Assembly: GCA_009602735.1 (NCBI GenBank) | Contig: WELA01003638.1 | Location: 3,258-67,257 of the forward strand | DNA from: Mesotaenium endlicherianum | Lineage: Eukaryota | Length of the DNA: 64,000 nt | Reading direction: 5' to 3' | Part shown: positions 11,578 through 22,415 of the stretch, piece by piece | Layout: every line of letters starts with the position of its first letter | Numbering within the stretch: position 1 is the stretch's first letter | The notes under the pieces: generated by a model | The model's input: only the letters and a program-made list of their open reading frames with translations | Databases searched by the model: none | What the model was told of the DNA's origin: nothing | Program-made: the position numbers and the translations under genes

Positions 11578-11654
11578 GGTGACAGGCTGAAGAGGCAGTC
11601 AGTAAGGGAGTCTGGTCAGGGTCAGTTTCTTTATTTAAAGCTTTTGCAGTTTAA

Positions 11655-11690
11655 TGTTGTCGAGGCGACAACAAGTTATGTTGGAGGGAT
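11655..11690 (+). promoter_or_regulatory. Hairpin plus short polypurine tract before the 3' LTR
   Basis: tgttgtcg-agg-cgacaaca followed by ttggagggat|tg; similar sequence near 33618 and 45858. Confidence 0.75.
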
Positions 11691-12448
11691 TGTAATGAAT
11701 CAGTATATTAGTAGATATAGTATTCATTTAAATATAATAGTTAATTAAGTTCAGCCTGCTGAACTTTAGTTATTAGTCAGTTTGCTAGACTTTAGTTAAT
11801 AGTCAGTTTGCTGAACTTTACTTAATAGTCAGTCTGCTGGACTTTACATAATTATCAGTTTGCTGACTCAGTGGAAAGCAGCAGGCTGAAAGTCCATATA
11901 AGTCAGCTTGCTGACACATTCTTTGACAGCAAGCTGACTTCCGTACTCGGTAGCAGCGAACTGCCTTGATATGCATCTAAGTGCGATATGCTAGATGAAT
12001 AGCCAGATGACATCCCTATGATGGATGGCTATTCGGGATGATGGGAGATGGCGGTGGATTTGGTTAACCGAGGTCCTACCAACGTGGTTAACTCCCGGGT
12101 AGGCGGTGCCATCGCACTGACCGTTGAACAGTAAACTCATTCCATGTACATACGCTAGGCATTGCTCTCGAGTTCGGCATTCGGAAACGAGGTTAACTCT
12201 CTTGTACAAGCTTACTGAGAGGGATCTGAATCCAAGGCGAGAAGCCATTGATACGCACTGTCTTCTAACCTTGCTTATGTATGAGTTTATTGATTTGCAT
12301 TATTGATGCTAGTTTACTCTCATTTGACTGACGAGTAGTATTCCCTGCTAGTGTATTGTCCCTTGCCGTTTAACTAGTTAACGGAAATACCATAAAGATT
12401 ACTTGCTGATATAAAGATCTTTATTAATTGGTAAGTCGATTCATTTCA
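11691..12448 (+). repeat. 3' LTR of family A copy 1 (758 bp)
   Basis: Matches the 5' LTR; about 11 substitutions and 2 indels by eye. Confidence 0.97.
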
Positions 12449-15400
12449 ATGTGGAAGGAGTTGCACAAATTGAGTAGCCTATCCTCTAGTACTTCAGTGC
12501 ACGGGTCAAGTGAAGACCAAGAAGGAGTATGGTCAAGTGAGGATAGTGAAATAGGTGGAGGTAGATATGACCACAAGTAGCTATCTTGAGCCCGCTAGCA
12601 AAGAAGCGACGCGGGAAGGTGAAGGTGAAGGAGAAGCGCTTGTTTTGGTGACCTTGGCCCGGTCATCACATGGAGCAAGCGTGCCTCCTAACAACCTTGG
12701 CGAGCGCGCATCGCCGGTAGAGCAAGTAGAGGTGTATGATCCCCTTGCTCATATATAGAGCAGACCCCAACTGCTCAAGTGGAGGAGCTCCTAGAAAGTG
12801 AGCTCAAGAGAAGCCCGCTTGTAAGACGACGTGTGTGCTTGCACAAGATGAGGTACAAGCACTAAGAGTATGTGCGTATGCCCAAGTTATGGAGCTCATG
12901 GAGACGTTCCAGATGTGTTTCTTGGAGCCTTGTGTGAAAGCTGACCTTCAAGAAGAGCCAGAGGTATGTGGGAGTGAGCATCTAGCCAAGAAAAAGACTA
13001 TGATGGAATTTGGTGCACCACGAGCAAGACTACGCGCTCATGCCTTGTGAAGACAACTATCGTCGCTTGATGGAGACTACGACTTTATGGATATGGACCT
13101 ATGAGGAGGAGACCAAGAGTTATGGGGCTGATATGTCCTGCCTAAGATGGAGATATATGACAAATACCTGGACATGAAGCTAGGAGAATCAGCGCCTATA
13201 CAAGCAAGCACGAGAGAGGCGTAAAATCTGGACTTGGACACTCGAGTGGTAAGCGCCTTACCTTCATGATGAGGGGGGGGAGTGTTATAGTTGTTTATAG
13301 TGCTTGTAAGTAAGGTCAAGCCAGTACCATGAGTTCAATTGTAACTAAGAGATGTGAAGTGGAAAGAAGTTTGGGAGCAAGAGCTTGGATGATACTCAAA
13401 TCTGTCTATGTTTGAGGGTTTTACGGGTAGGCGAGCGCGAGGGTAAAAGTTGGCAAATTTTGGCTACTTTTTGCCTACTTAGGAGAGAGTGGGTAATATT
13501 TTGTCTAGAAGTCCTACATGATGTGAAAGGCCTAGTATGAGGTCTGCCTTGTATCATAGTCAAGTTTCAAAATCAGGGGTTTAAGCATGTGCCATTTGTA
13601 GGCGCGGGAGCTTGATATGTGTTGCGCGCGTGTGGGTCCTACGAGCGTGAGGCACAAAGTGACGATCTCGTTTGAGTGTTAGACTTAGATTCAGACTCTG
13701 AAATTTTGTGGAGAGGTAGTCCTATGGGTTCAAATTTGTAGAAAGTAGTTTTTTAATAAAAATATTAATTTAAGTTGTGACAGTGCCACATGGCGGTCTG
13801 CTGGACTGCCGTGTGAGCCACATGTGTGAGGCATGGCGCAATCTGGTATCATAGTCTTAGGCTTGGAATCAGGAGAAACAAAGCATACCAGTGAGTTCAA
13901 AGGGGAGATATTATGTAGATTACCCAACTTTCAGGCTAAAAATGTCAGAAAAATTCAGGGGGGTGCCACTTGGCGTCTTGAGAGGTCACCACGAGTCACG
14001 CACACAAGTGAGAGAGTGCAATACCTCTACAAGGAGTATGGCTTAGAGCTAGAGGTAGCTAAGGGTACCAGAAGGTTCAGGAACATAGTGGACTTAGGTT
14101 CATGATGTAATCTGGTCAAAATAATAAGAGCACCACGAGTAAGCCACATGGCGCGACGAGGAGTTGCCACTTGTCCAAGAGGGCGAAGAATGAGTATTTT
14201 GGCGATTTGGCGGCCTATTATGCCTTGGATCCAGCTTTGGAGTATGTGGAGATGATGGAGGGAGTATGTTACAGCATTTATGAAGATATTGGCCTATTCC
14301 AAGACGAAGGAGTTGAAGAGAAGATGCACTTGTGTAAGGACACGCCATGTGTGGAGCCAATGTATGCGATGGAGCTTTTACTACGTGAAGTAATTTGGAG
14401 TATTGAGCATCATCCTGGAGCTTGTTCAAAATCTGCAACTTGTATAATATCTGTGTATATGTGTTTGTCTAGCGTATATGTGAGCTCGATTCCTCATATG
14501 ACATCACTTATGCTTAGTATGCGCCGAGGACGTCGCATCTTGAGGAGGGAGATGATATAAGGTTATGAAAGTGTAGTTTGTTTCTTTCTAGTATTTTATA
14601 TGCATAGAGTGTAATTTTACAAGAACTTTGGCCTTTATTTGGACAACGTATTGAGATAGTTATGAATTTTGGAAGTTTTTAGTGAGTTTTTAATGTCACA
14701 GATTCTATTTAGTGACAAGGATAGGTCCAGTGACGAAAATTTTGGTTGGAATCCAGGAAGTAGGACATTGAAACATGAGGGTTCCAGAAAGTACGTACAA
14801 TTTCGTAGAGTGCCAAAGTGATCGTGGAACTTCTAGAAATTCCGTGAGGAGTTAGTGGATTGTGTAGCAGAATAATCTAGAGTGTGATTGTGTGCGTGTG
14901 AGTGTGCCATCTTGTCCAACTTGGCAAGGTCACCTACATGGAAGGAGCCATAGGAGAAGGTTCTGGAGGTACTTTGCTAGAGAGGACACATAGAGATAAA
15001 GGATAAATAGGAAGCACAAGGAAGTAGAGGGAGCTTAGTCTAGTCTAACCTTCTTATCTTGTACACAACTTTTCTTAATAAAGGGAGTTCTTTTCCACTC
15101 CTCTCTCATGTAGCCCCTCTAACTCTTGCAAGGGTGGCACACCACCAGGCCACTCCACCTTGTGTATGCAACTAGGAAAGGTCCTCGTGCACGCTTCCAC
15201 TCGCGGGTGAGGGTGCGTGAGTGTGTATGCGCACTCCCCGCACCCTTCCCCCTTTCACCTTGCTTCTTCTTCCGCACCATAGGCTTGTCTTCATCTTAGC
15301 TCTCAACCTTAAGTACTCCATAGTAATCTCCTCCATAAGAAGAGAAAAACCTGCACTTGAAAGGCTCCATCTCCACTTATCTTGCTTGAAGAAAAAATAT

Positions 15401-16417
15401 GCGTCACTTCTTCTTGCTCCAAGCCTTCTCCACGGCGCTTTTTTTCACTTGAGGCTTCATTGACCTCCATAAGAATGACCAAGCTCCATCATGGCTGGCC
15501 AATAATATCCAGTGGCTATATAGGAGAGATGCAAGGCAACCCAAATCTGGCCACATACTTGGCCAACTTGGTGCAACACCCCGGTGCACCCTCTCTTGAG
15601 CTTCTCATGAGCTCCTCTTGAGCTTGCGAGTGCTATGCTCGCCAAAGCTCCTGGACTTGCAAGTACACTTGCTTGCTAAGTCCTCGGTTGCCTACCCTTA
15701 AAATCTATTCCACCTTCATTGAAGATCTGAAATAAAGATGGGCACACACTCTTTCTAGCCACCAACACCTCTATGCTAAGCCCCCCCCCTCAAAGAAAGA
15801 GCTTAACACTAAAGAGCTTGCATCTTCAAGGAAAAATCCAGCCGTGTGAAGTCCAGATTTCCTTCATGCTCATATGTCTCCATACTCGAGCAAAAGTTGC
15901 TTTATATTACTCATATCACTTCCATGCTTGGACAACTTTCTCACACTACAAAGAAGACGTACTAAAATCTGGTTGCATCCAAGTTAACGTTTCTTGGAGC
16001 ACCTCTCTCTTCCCATCTCCTCCCTCCTTCAAGAGAGCGAGATGCTAGCTTGCATCAACATCTTCATGGCTGCCCTTAGCAACTTTCCTTGCTTCTCCTC
16101 TCTACCCTCTCTACACTCCTACAAGCATCACCAACCAAAGTTCCCTCCTCCAAATGAAGCAACTAGGTAGCTCCGATACCATGTGAAAGGGGAGAGGGGT
16201 GCGGGGAGTGCGCCCATACACACTCACGCACCCTCACCGCGAGTAGATGCGTGCACGCGGACCTTCCCTAGTTGCATACACAAGGTGGAGTGGCCTGGTG
16301 GTGTGCCACCCTTGCAAGAGAGAGAGAGCTACATGAGAGAGGAGTGGAAAAGAACTCACTTATTAAGAAAAGTCGTTACAAGATAAGAAAGTTAGACTAG
16401 ACTAGACAAGACTAGAC

Positions 16418-17381
16418 TGTTACGTTTCTGCTTTTCAAGAGGATCTTTCCTCGGTATTCAAGGAATATTTAATTCAAGTGGAAAGAAAATCTGTATACTT
16501 GTGCAAATCGACGAATACTTGAAATTGCGAAAATGTAGACTGACGTAGAATTTGTGCTTGTGAGAGTTGCACTCACAATGACTCTTGCAAGTATATATAC
16601 TTGCAAATCTTGAGGCACTGGAGTGCTTCGAGTCACCACCTAGGGCACAGGTTCATGTTCAACGAAAACGGACGAAAGGTTACAAAACCGTTCGGCCGAA
16701 TGCTCCAAACGAGCCGTTTGGACGTTTGGAGACTTTTCGACGGTTTTCCGAAATAACCGTTTCACGCCAAACGGGCGTATTCGCGTTCACGCGACTNGCC
16801 GTTCACGCCAAACGGGCGTATTCGCGTTCACGCGACTTTTGAAAAGTCGCGATGGTTCGCGGAGTCGCGTACAGGTACTTTTGCCATGAACCGGTAGTTA
16901 CGAATAACTACTTCGCCAATTGGTTAGGTGTGAACGTTTCAAACGACGAGTCGCGGGTTCGAATCCGCTCGGATGCAAAGTCGCTTTGCATATTAATCGT
17001 CGTTTGAATTTTACGACGCTTTCTTCGTGTTAACGACTGGTCGTAAATGCGAAGTTTGTGATTGTTAATTATCCAAAATAATGCCAATCAAATCAACTTA
17101 ATCAATCCGTGATTTATTAAGTTATCATCTCATAATTAATTGAAGTAACTTTATGAATAATCATGTCGTACTTTTGCGAAGTAGTCGAGTTACGTTACGA
17201 CGCTTTTTGCAATAGTATCTTGGTCGTTTCGCCAATCGACCAGGAATTAATCGACACACACGTGTGACAAATAATTGAATGTGATGCAATCATTTATCAA
17301 ATAATATGATAAATAGTATAACGTACTTTAGGTAATTGGGAAAACGTCCCAAATACGCCTAAAATAGCTCGGATCGTTACA
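16418..17381. mobile_element. Family C solo LTR (964 bp) inside the B copy 2 LTR
   Basis: tgttac...gttaca; flanks tagac/tacac; homologous to 34790-35709. Confidence 0.85.
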
Positions 17382-17938
17382 TACACTCCCTCTTCCATGG
17401 ATCAACTTTAAGTGTCCTCTCTAGCAAAGTACCTCCAGAACCTTCTCCTATGGCTCCTTCCATGTAGGTGACCTTGCCTAGTTGGACAAGCTAGCACACT
17501 TACACGCACACAATCACACCTTAGAATATTCTGCTACACAATCCTCTAACTCCTCACGGAGTTTCTAGAAATTCCACGATCACTTTGGCACTCTACGTGA
17601 TCGTACGTAGTTTTTGGAACCCTTAATATTCAATGTCCTACTTCTTGGACTCCATCCAGAATTTTCGTCACTGGACCTGTTCTTGTCACTTAATTGAATC
17701 TGTGACATTAAAAATTCACTAAAAACTCCCAAAACTCGTGACTTTCTCAATACTTGTCCAAATGACTTGAAACAAAGACCAAAGTTCTTCTAAAATCACA
17801 CTCTATACATATAAAATGCTAGAAAATACAAACTACAAATTCATAATCTTACACTACTTCTAAAAGAGGTACCTTCTCTTACGTTTATCCATGAGGACAT
17901 AGTTAAGCGGCTAAGGCTGCCCACTGTCACACCCAAGG

Positions 17939-19488
17939 GCGTAAAATCTGGACTTGGACACTCGAGTGGTAAGCGCCTTACCTTCATGATGAGGGGGGAG
18001 AGTGTTAAAGTTGTTTATAGTGCTTGTAAGTAAGGTCAAGCCAGTCCCATGAGTTCATTTGTAACTAAGAGATATGAAGTGGAAAGAAGTTTGAGAGAAA
18101 GTGCTTGGAAGATACTCAAATCTGTCCATGTTTGAGGGTTTTACGAGTAGGCGAGCGCGAGGGTAAAAGCTGGCAGATTTTGGCTACTTTCTGCCTACTT
18201 AGGAGAGAGTGGGTAATATTTTCACGAGAAGTCCTACATGATGTGAGAGGTCTAGTATGAGGCCTGCCTTGAGTCATAGTCAAGTTTCAGAATCAGGGGC
18301 TTAAGCATGTGCCATTTGTAGGCGCGGGAGCTTGACACGGCAGTCCTATGAATTGAGATTCAGAAGAATTTTTTTGATAAAAAATTTAAATTAAGTTCTG
18401 ACAGTGCCACATGGCAGTCTGCTAGACTGCCGTGGAAGCTATATGTGTGAGGCAAGGCGCAATCTAATTTCATGGTCTTAGGCTTAATATGAGGAGAAAC
18501 AAAGCATATTAGTGAGTTTAGAAGGGTGGTACTACATAGAATGCACAACTTTCAGGCTAAAAATGTCACAAAAAGTCAGGCGGGTGCCACTTGGCAACTT
18601 GAGAGGTCACCACAAGTCACGCACACGAGTGAGAGAGTGCAATATCTCTGCAAGGAGTATGGCTTAGAGCTAGAGGTAGCTAAGGATACCAGAAGGTTCA
18701 AGAACATAGTGGAGTCAGGTTCATGATGTAATCTGGTCAAAATTAGAAGAGTACCACAAGTAAGCCACACGGCGCGACGAGGAGCTGCCACTTGTCCAAG
18801 AGGGCGAAGAATGAGTATCTTGGCGATTTGGCGGACTATTATGCATTAGATCCAGATTTGGAGTATGTGGACAAGATGTAGGGAGTATGTTCTAGCCTTC
18901 ATGAAGATATTGGCTTATATCACAGAGAATGAGTTGAAGATGAAAATGCATTTGTATAAGGAGACGCCATGTGTGGAGCCAATGTATGCGATGGGACTTT
19001 TAATAAGTGGAGCAAGTTTGGAGTATTAAGTATCATCCTGTAGCCTGTTCAAGACCTGCAACTTGTATAATATATGTGTATATGTGTTTTTCTAGCGTAT
19101 ATGAGAGCTCAATTCCTCATATGGCGTCACTTATGCTTAGTATGCGCCGAGGACGTTGCATTTGAGGAGGGGGGTGATGTAATACATGGAAGGAGCCATA
19201 GTAGAAGGTTCTGGAGGTACTTTGCTAGAGAGGACACTTAGAGTTGATCCATAAAAGAGAGATTCTAGTCTTGTCTAGTCTAGTCTAACTTTCTTATCTT
19301 GTAACAACTTTTCTTAATAAAGTGAGTTTTTTTCTCTCATGTAGCTCTCTCTCTTGCAAGGGTGGCACACCACCAGGCCACTCCACCTTGTGTATGCAAC
19401 TAGGGAAGGTCCTCGTGCACGCTTCCACTCGCGGGTGAGGGTGCGTGAGAGTGTATGGACGCACTCTCCGCACCCCTCTCTCTTTTTA
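17939..19488 (+). mobile_element. Family B copy 2: right internal part and internally deleted 3' LTR (19178-19488)
   Basis: Matches 13219-14555; purine tract, then tgtaa; shares the LTR subtype (ttgatccat) of 16184-17853. Confidence 0.85.
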
Positions 19489-22415
19489 AGCAGATTGAAC
19501 ATTCCATCTTTCTTCTGGTCCTAGCTTTCGATGAACTCCATTGCATTCAACAATTTGCATCCTCCTGGAAGCCTCTTCTTTTCCTTCATTTGCCATCCAT
19601 ACAAGACAAGAGGAAGAGCACTGGTGGGTGCCAAGTTAGTCTGCCCATCACTTGCTCCTCTCACTTTAACTCTCCCTCCGCTCCAACACACTTCAGCTTG
19701 ATGTCTGTTAAGCCAGGACTTGCCTAGCACAAGATCATAAAAGCTAGTGTTGAGTACCTCAAATGTAAGCGTTTCAGTTAGAACTGCAACGCCAGATTCT
19801 AACTGGACCTCAATAGGCTTGGTTATAACTCCTCCCGAGATATTTGAGGCATCTCCAAGGAATACTTCTCCATTCCCTTGGATGACAGTAGGCAGCCTTG
19901 GCCGCTTAACTAAGTTCTTATGGATAAAAGTTGTGACGCCCCTCCTCAACAAATGTCCTCACCTTCCTGCTTGCGATCATACAATGCAATGCGATAGGGG
20001 GAACTGACTTTTCCTGACTTTCGCATTGTTCTCTTGACTTAGCAAAGAGATGTTGGACATTAGGTGGAACAAGACCATCCAGAGTGTGCACTCTTTGAAG
20101 ATCTATATTGCTGATGGTCTCCTTTATCTATTTGTCAGGCATGCATAGTGAATTCAGTTCAGCAGGACCCATAACACCTGCTACGAGAGCAGCTAGCGAC
20201 GACTCACTATCTCTAGCATCCTCACAGTCAGTAGACTGGATTACTGATTATTGCAGTCTTTTAAAGGCTGATCCTTTCTCTTGACCTTCGGAAGGTGCTT
20301 TCTAGGACACTGCTCTCTGTTGTGGCCCAACTCCTGGCAATAATAGCAAAAATAATTATGCTGAGACAGGTCTCGGCTTAGTCTTACCACCACCTCTTAC
20401 ATAGCCACCTCGAGAGTATCCACCTCTCCCTCTAGACTGCATGGCATTAGACTCATACTCATACTCATCACTCCGATCATCCTCAGCGGGATCTCCTTTA
20501 ATAGCATTGTAGGAATCATGTGGCTTTTTGACAATCTTAGACACCAAAGCATTACTCTGGCGCTTGTGATTGAACTGCTGTTGATCCCAGGCATCAGCAT
20601 TCCGGATCAAGTCAGCCAGTTGCTCATATTTTCTTTTTCAACAAAATAACCTGACACTTCAAACTTCAAGCCATACCTGAAGTATGCTAATCTATATCGC
20701 TGCGGCAATTCCGGCTGCTTCATCATGTTCTCCTAAAACTTTTGAGCATACTCAGCAACTGAAGTGGTCTGCTTCAGTGGCAAGCAACTTCTGGACAAAC
20801 TCAACCCAAGTAGAGTCACCCAGTTGCTGAGCCTTACGCTCTCCTTTTCAATACAGCCACCAATCTGCTGCACAGCCTTTCAGTGGAGCACCAGTGTGCC
20901 TGACCTTCTCGTTGTCCTGCAGTTTTGGGTAGTTCTCCAGCCACTGCACAACATTAGCAAAAAAACTTGACCAAGTAGAACTTTTTGTTTTCCTCAGGAT
21001 CATAGTCCTGAGGAGGTTTTGGCTTAGGCTTACTTGACCCTCTGCCACCACCACCAGGGGTTTGAGAACCCAGTTGGTCTCGGGCACGCAGCAATGCCAT
21101 CATGATCCTTCAGTCCTCCTGTTGGGATTGGTACATGCTCACCATTTGCAATTGCATTTGAACAAACAATGCTCTCAGATCTACATTCTGAGGTGGTTGC
21201 CCACCAAACGCATTAGCCGCAACATTAGCTCGTTTTGTAGCAGCTTCAAAACTCTCGATTGTTGCCGCTCCGGCTATGACTGTTGCACTCAGTTTTCTGC
21301 GAATCTGAGGAAGAGGTATAACAGTAGGCACGGCAAGAGGTTGGTGTCGGAGATTGGCCCTCTCTGCCATCTGCGCACCTCTGCATCTGCCACCTCTCTG
21401 CCGGTCTTCCACCGTCCTTCCGTCAGGGGCCCTCCTATTTTCTGCCTCTTTTACCTCCTTGCCTAAGCACTTATCCTCAGCAAACTGAGCTGCTACCGCA
21501 GCAAGAGCAGCTTCTCTAGCTCTTGCATCATGAAGCGTTTCTAAGTAGGTACGGGGTCTAGAGACGCGGCTTTTGTCATGCCCTTCCTCAATATTATCAT
21601 TGTCCTCACCCTCCATTTCACGAGAGTTGCTAGCTTGAGACCTAGTCCTTACCGTACAAAACGACTGCAATAACCAGCACCGATACCACTGAAATGAATC
21701 GACTTACCAGTAAGCAATTAGTTATTAACAAATGATCTTTAAATCAGCGAGTAATTTTTATGGTATTTTATATTCATTAATTTAACAGCCAAAGACAATA
21801 CACTAGCAGTGAATAATACTCACGAGTCAAGTATATGAGCATCAATCATGCAATCAATAAACTCGTACATAAGCAAGATTAGAAAACAGTTCGCATCAAT
21901 GGCTTCTCGCCTTGGATTCATATGTCTCTCAGTAAGCTATACAAGAGAGTTGGCCTCGTTTCCGAATGTCGTAGTCGAGAGCAATCCCTAGCATTTGTAT
22001 ATGGAATGAGTTTACTGTTCAACGGCAAGTGCGATGGCACCGCCTACGCTGGAGTTAACCCGTTGGTAGGACCTCGGCTAACCAAATTCACAGCCATCTC
22101 CCATCATCTCGAATCGCCATCTACCCAAGAGGTGTCATCTGGCCACTCATCTAGCACACCATACTCGCGTGCATAACTAGGCAGATTGCTGCTACTGAGT
22201 ATGGCAGTCAGCTGACTATGAAAGAATGTGTTAGCAAGCTGACCTAAGTCAACAGGTTGACCTAATTTACTTTAGCCTGCTGCTCCCGGCTGAGTCATTA
22301 AACTAAGGATTAAGAATCCAGCAGATTTAATATTAATGAAAGTTATGCAAGCTGGACTTATTTAACTATTATATTTAAATGAATTTTTTTTTACTCAATA
22401 TATTGATTCATTACA
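19489..22415 (-). mobile_element. Decayed, truncated family A copy (5' LTR 21690-22415, gag, protease)
   Basis: Reverse-complement homology to 3570-6608 with stops, frameshifts and a deletion in gag. Confidence 0.92.

Larger units (their letters stand above)
3570..12448 (+). mobile_element. Intact Ty3/gypsy chromovirus LTR retrotransposon (family A, copy 1) with an extra 3' ORF
   Basis: Near-identical TG...CA LTRs; TSD ATGTG at 3565-3569 and 12449-12453; PBS and PPT present; open gag, pol (PR-RT-RH-IN-chromodomain) and ORF3. Confidence 0.98.
1715..15257 (+). mobile_element. Family B non-autonomous LTR retrotransposon, copy 1 (~4.65 kb without the nested A element)
   Basis: LTRs 1715-2423 (tgtaagg...cctttca) and 14556-15257; TSD CCTTG at 1710-1714 and 15258-15262; PBS TGGTATCAAAGC at 2426-2437; purine tract gaggagggag before the 3' LTR; no long internal ORF. 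Confidence 0.92.
738..17853 (-). mobile_element. Family B non-autonomous LTR element, copy 2: 5' LTR and left internal part, hosting nested insertions
   Basis: 738-1714 and 15263-16183 are the reverse complement of the copy-1 internal region. PBS (reverse complement gctccgatacca) at 16170-16181. 5' LTR 16184-17853 is interrupted by a family C solo LTR. Confidence 0.85.

Noticed and set aside
16905..16980. Functional tRNA gene (apparent TCA anticodon)
   Set aside because: Acceptor and anticodon stems do not pair; kept only as a tRNA-like motif.
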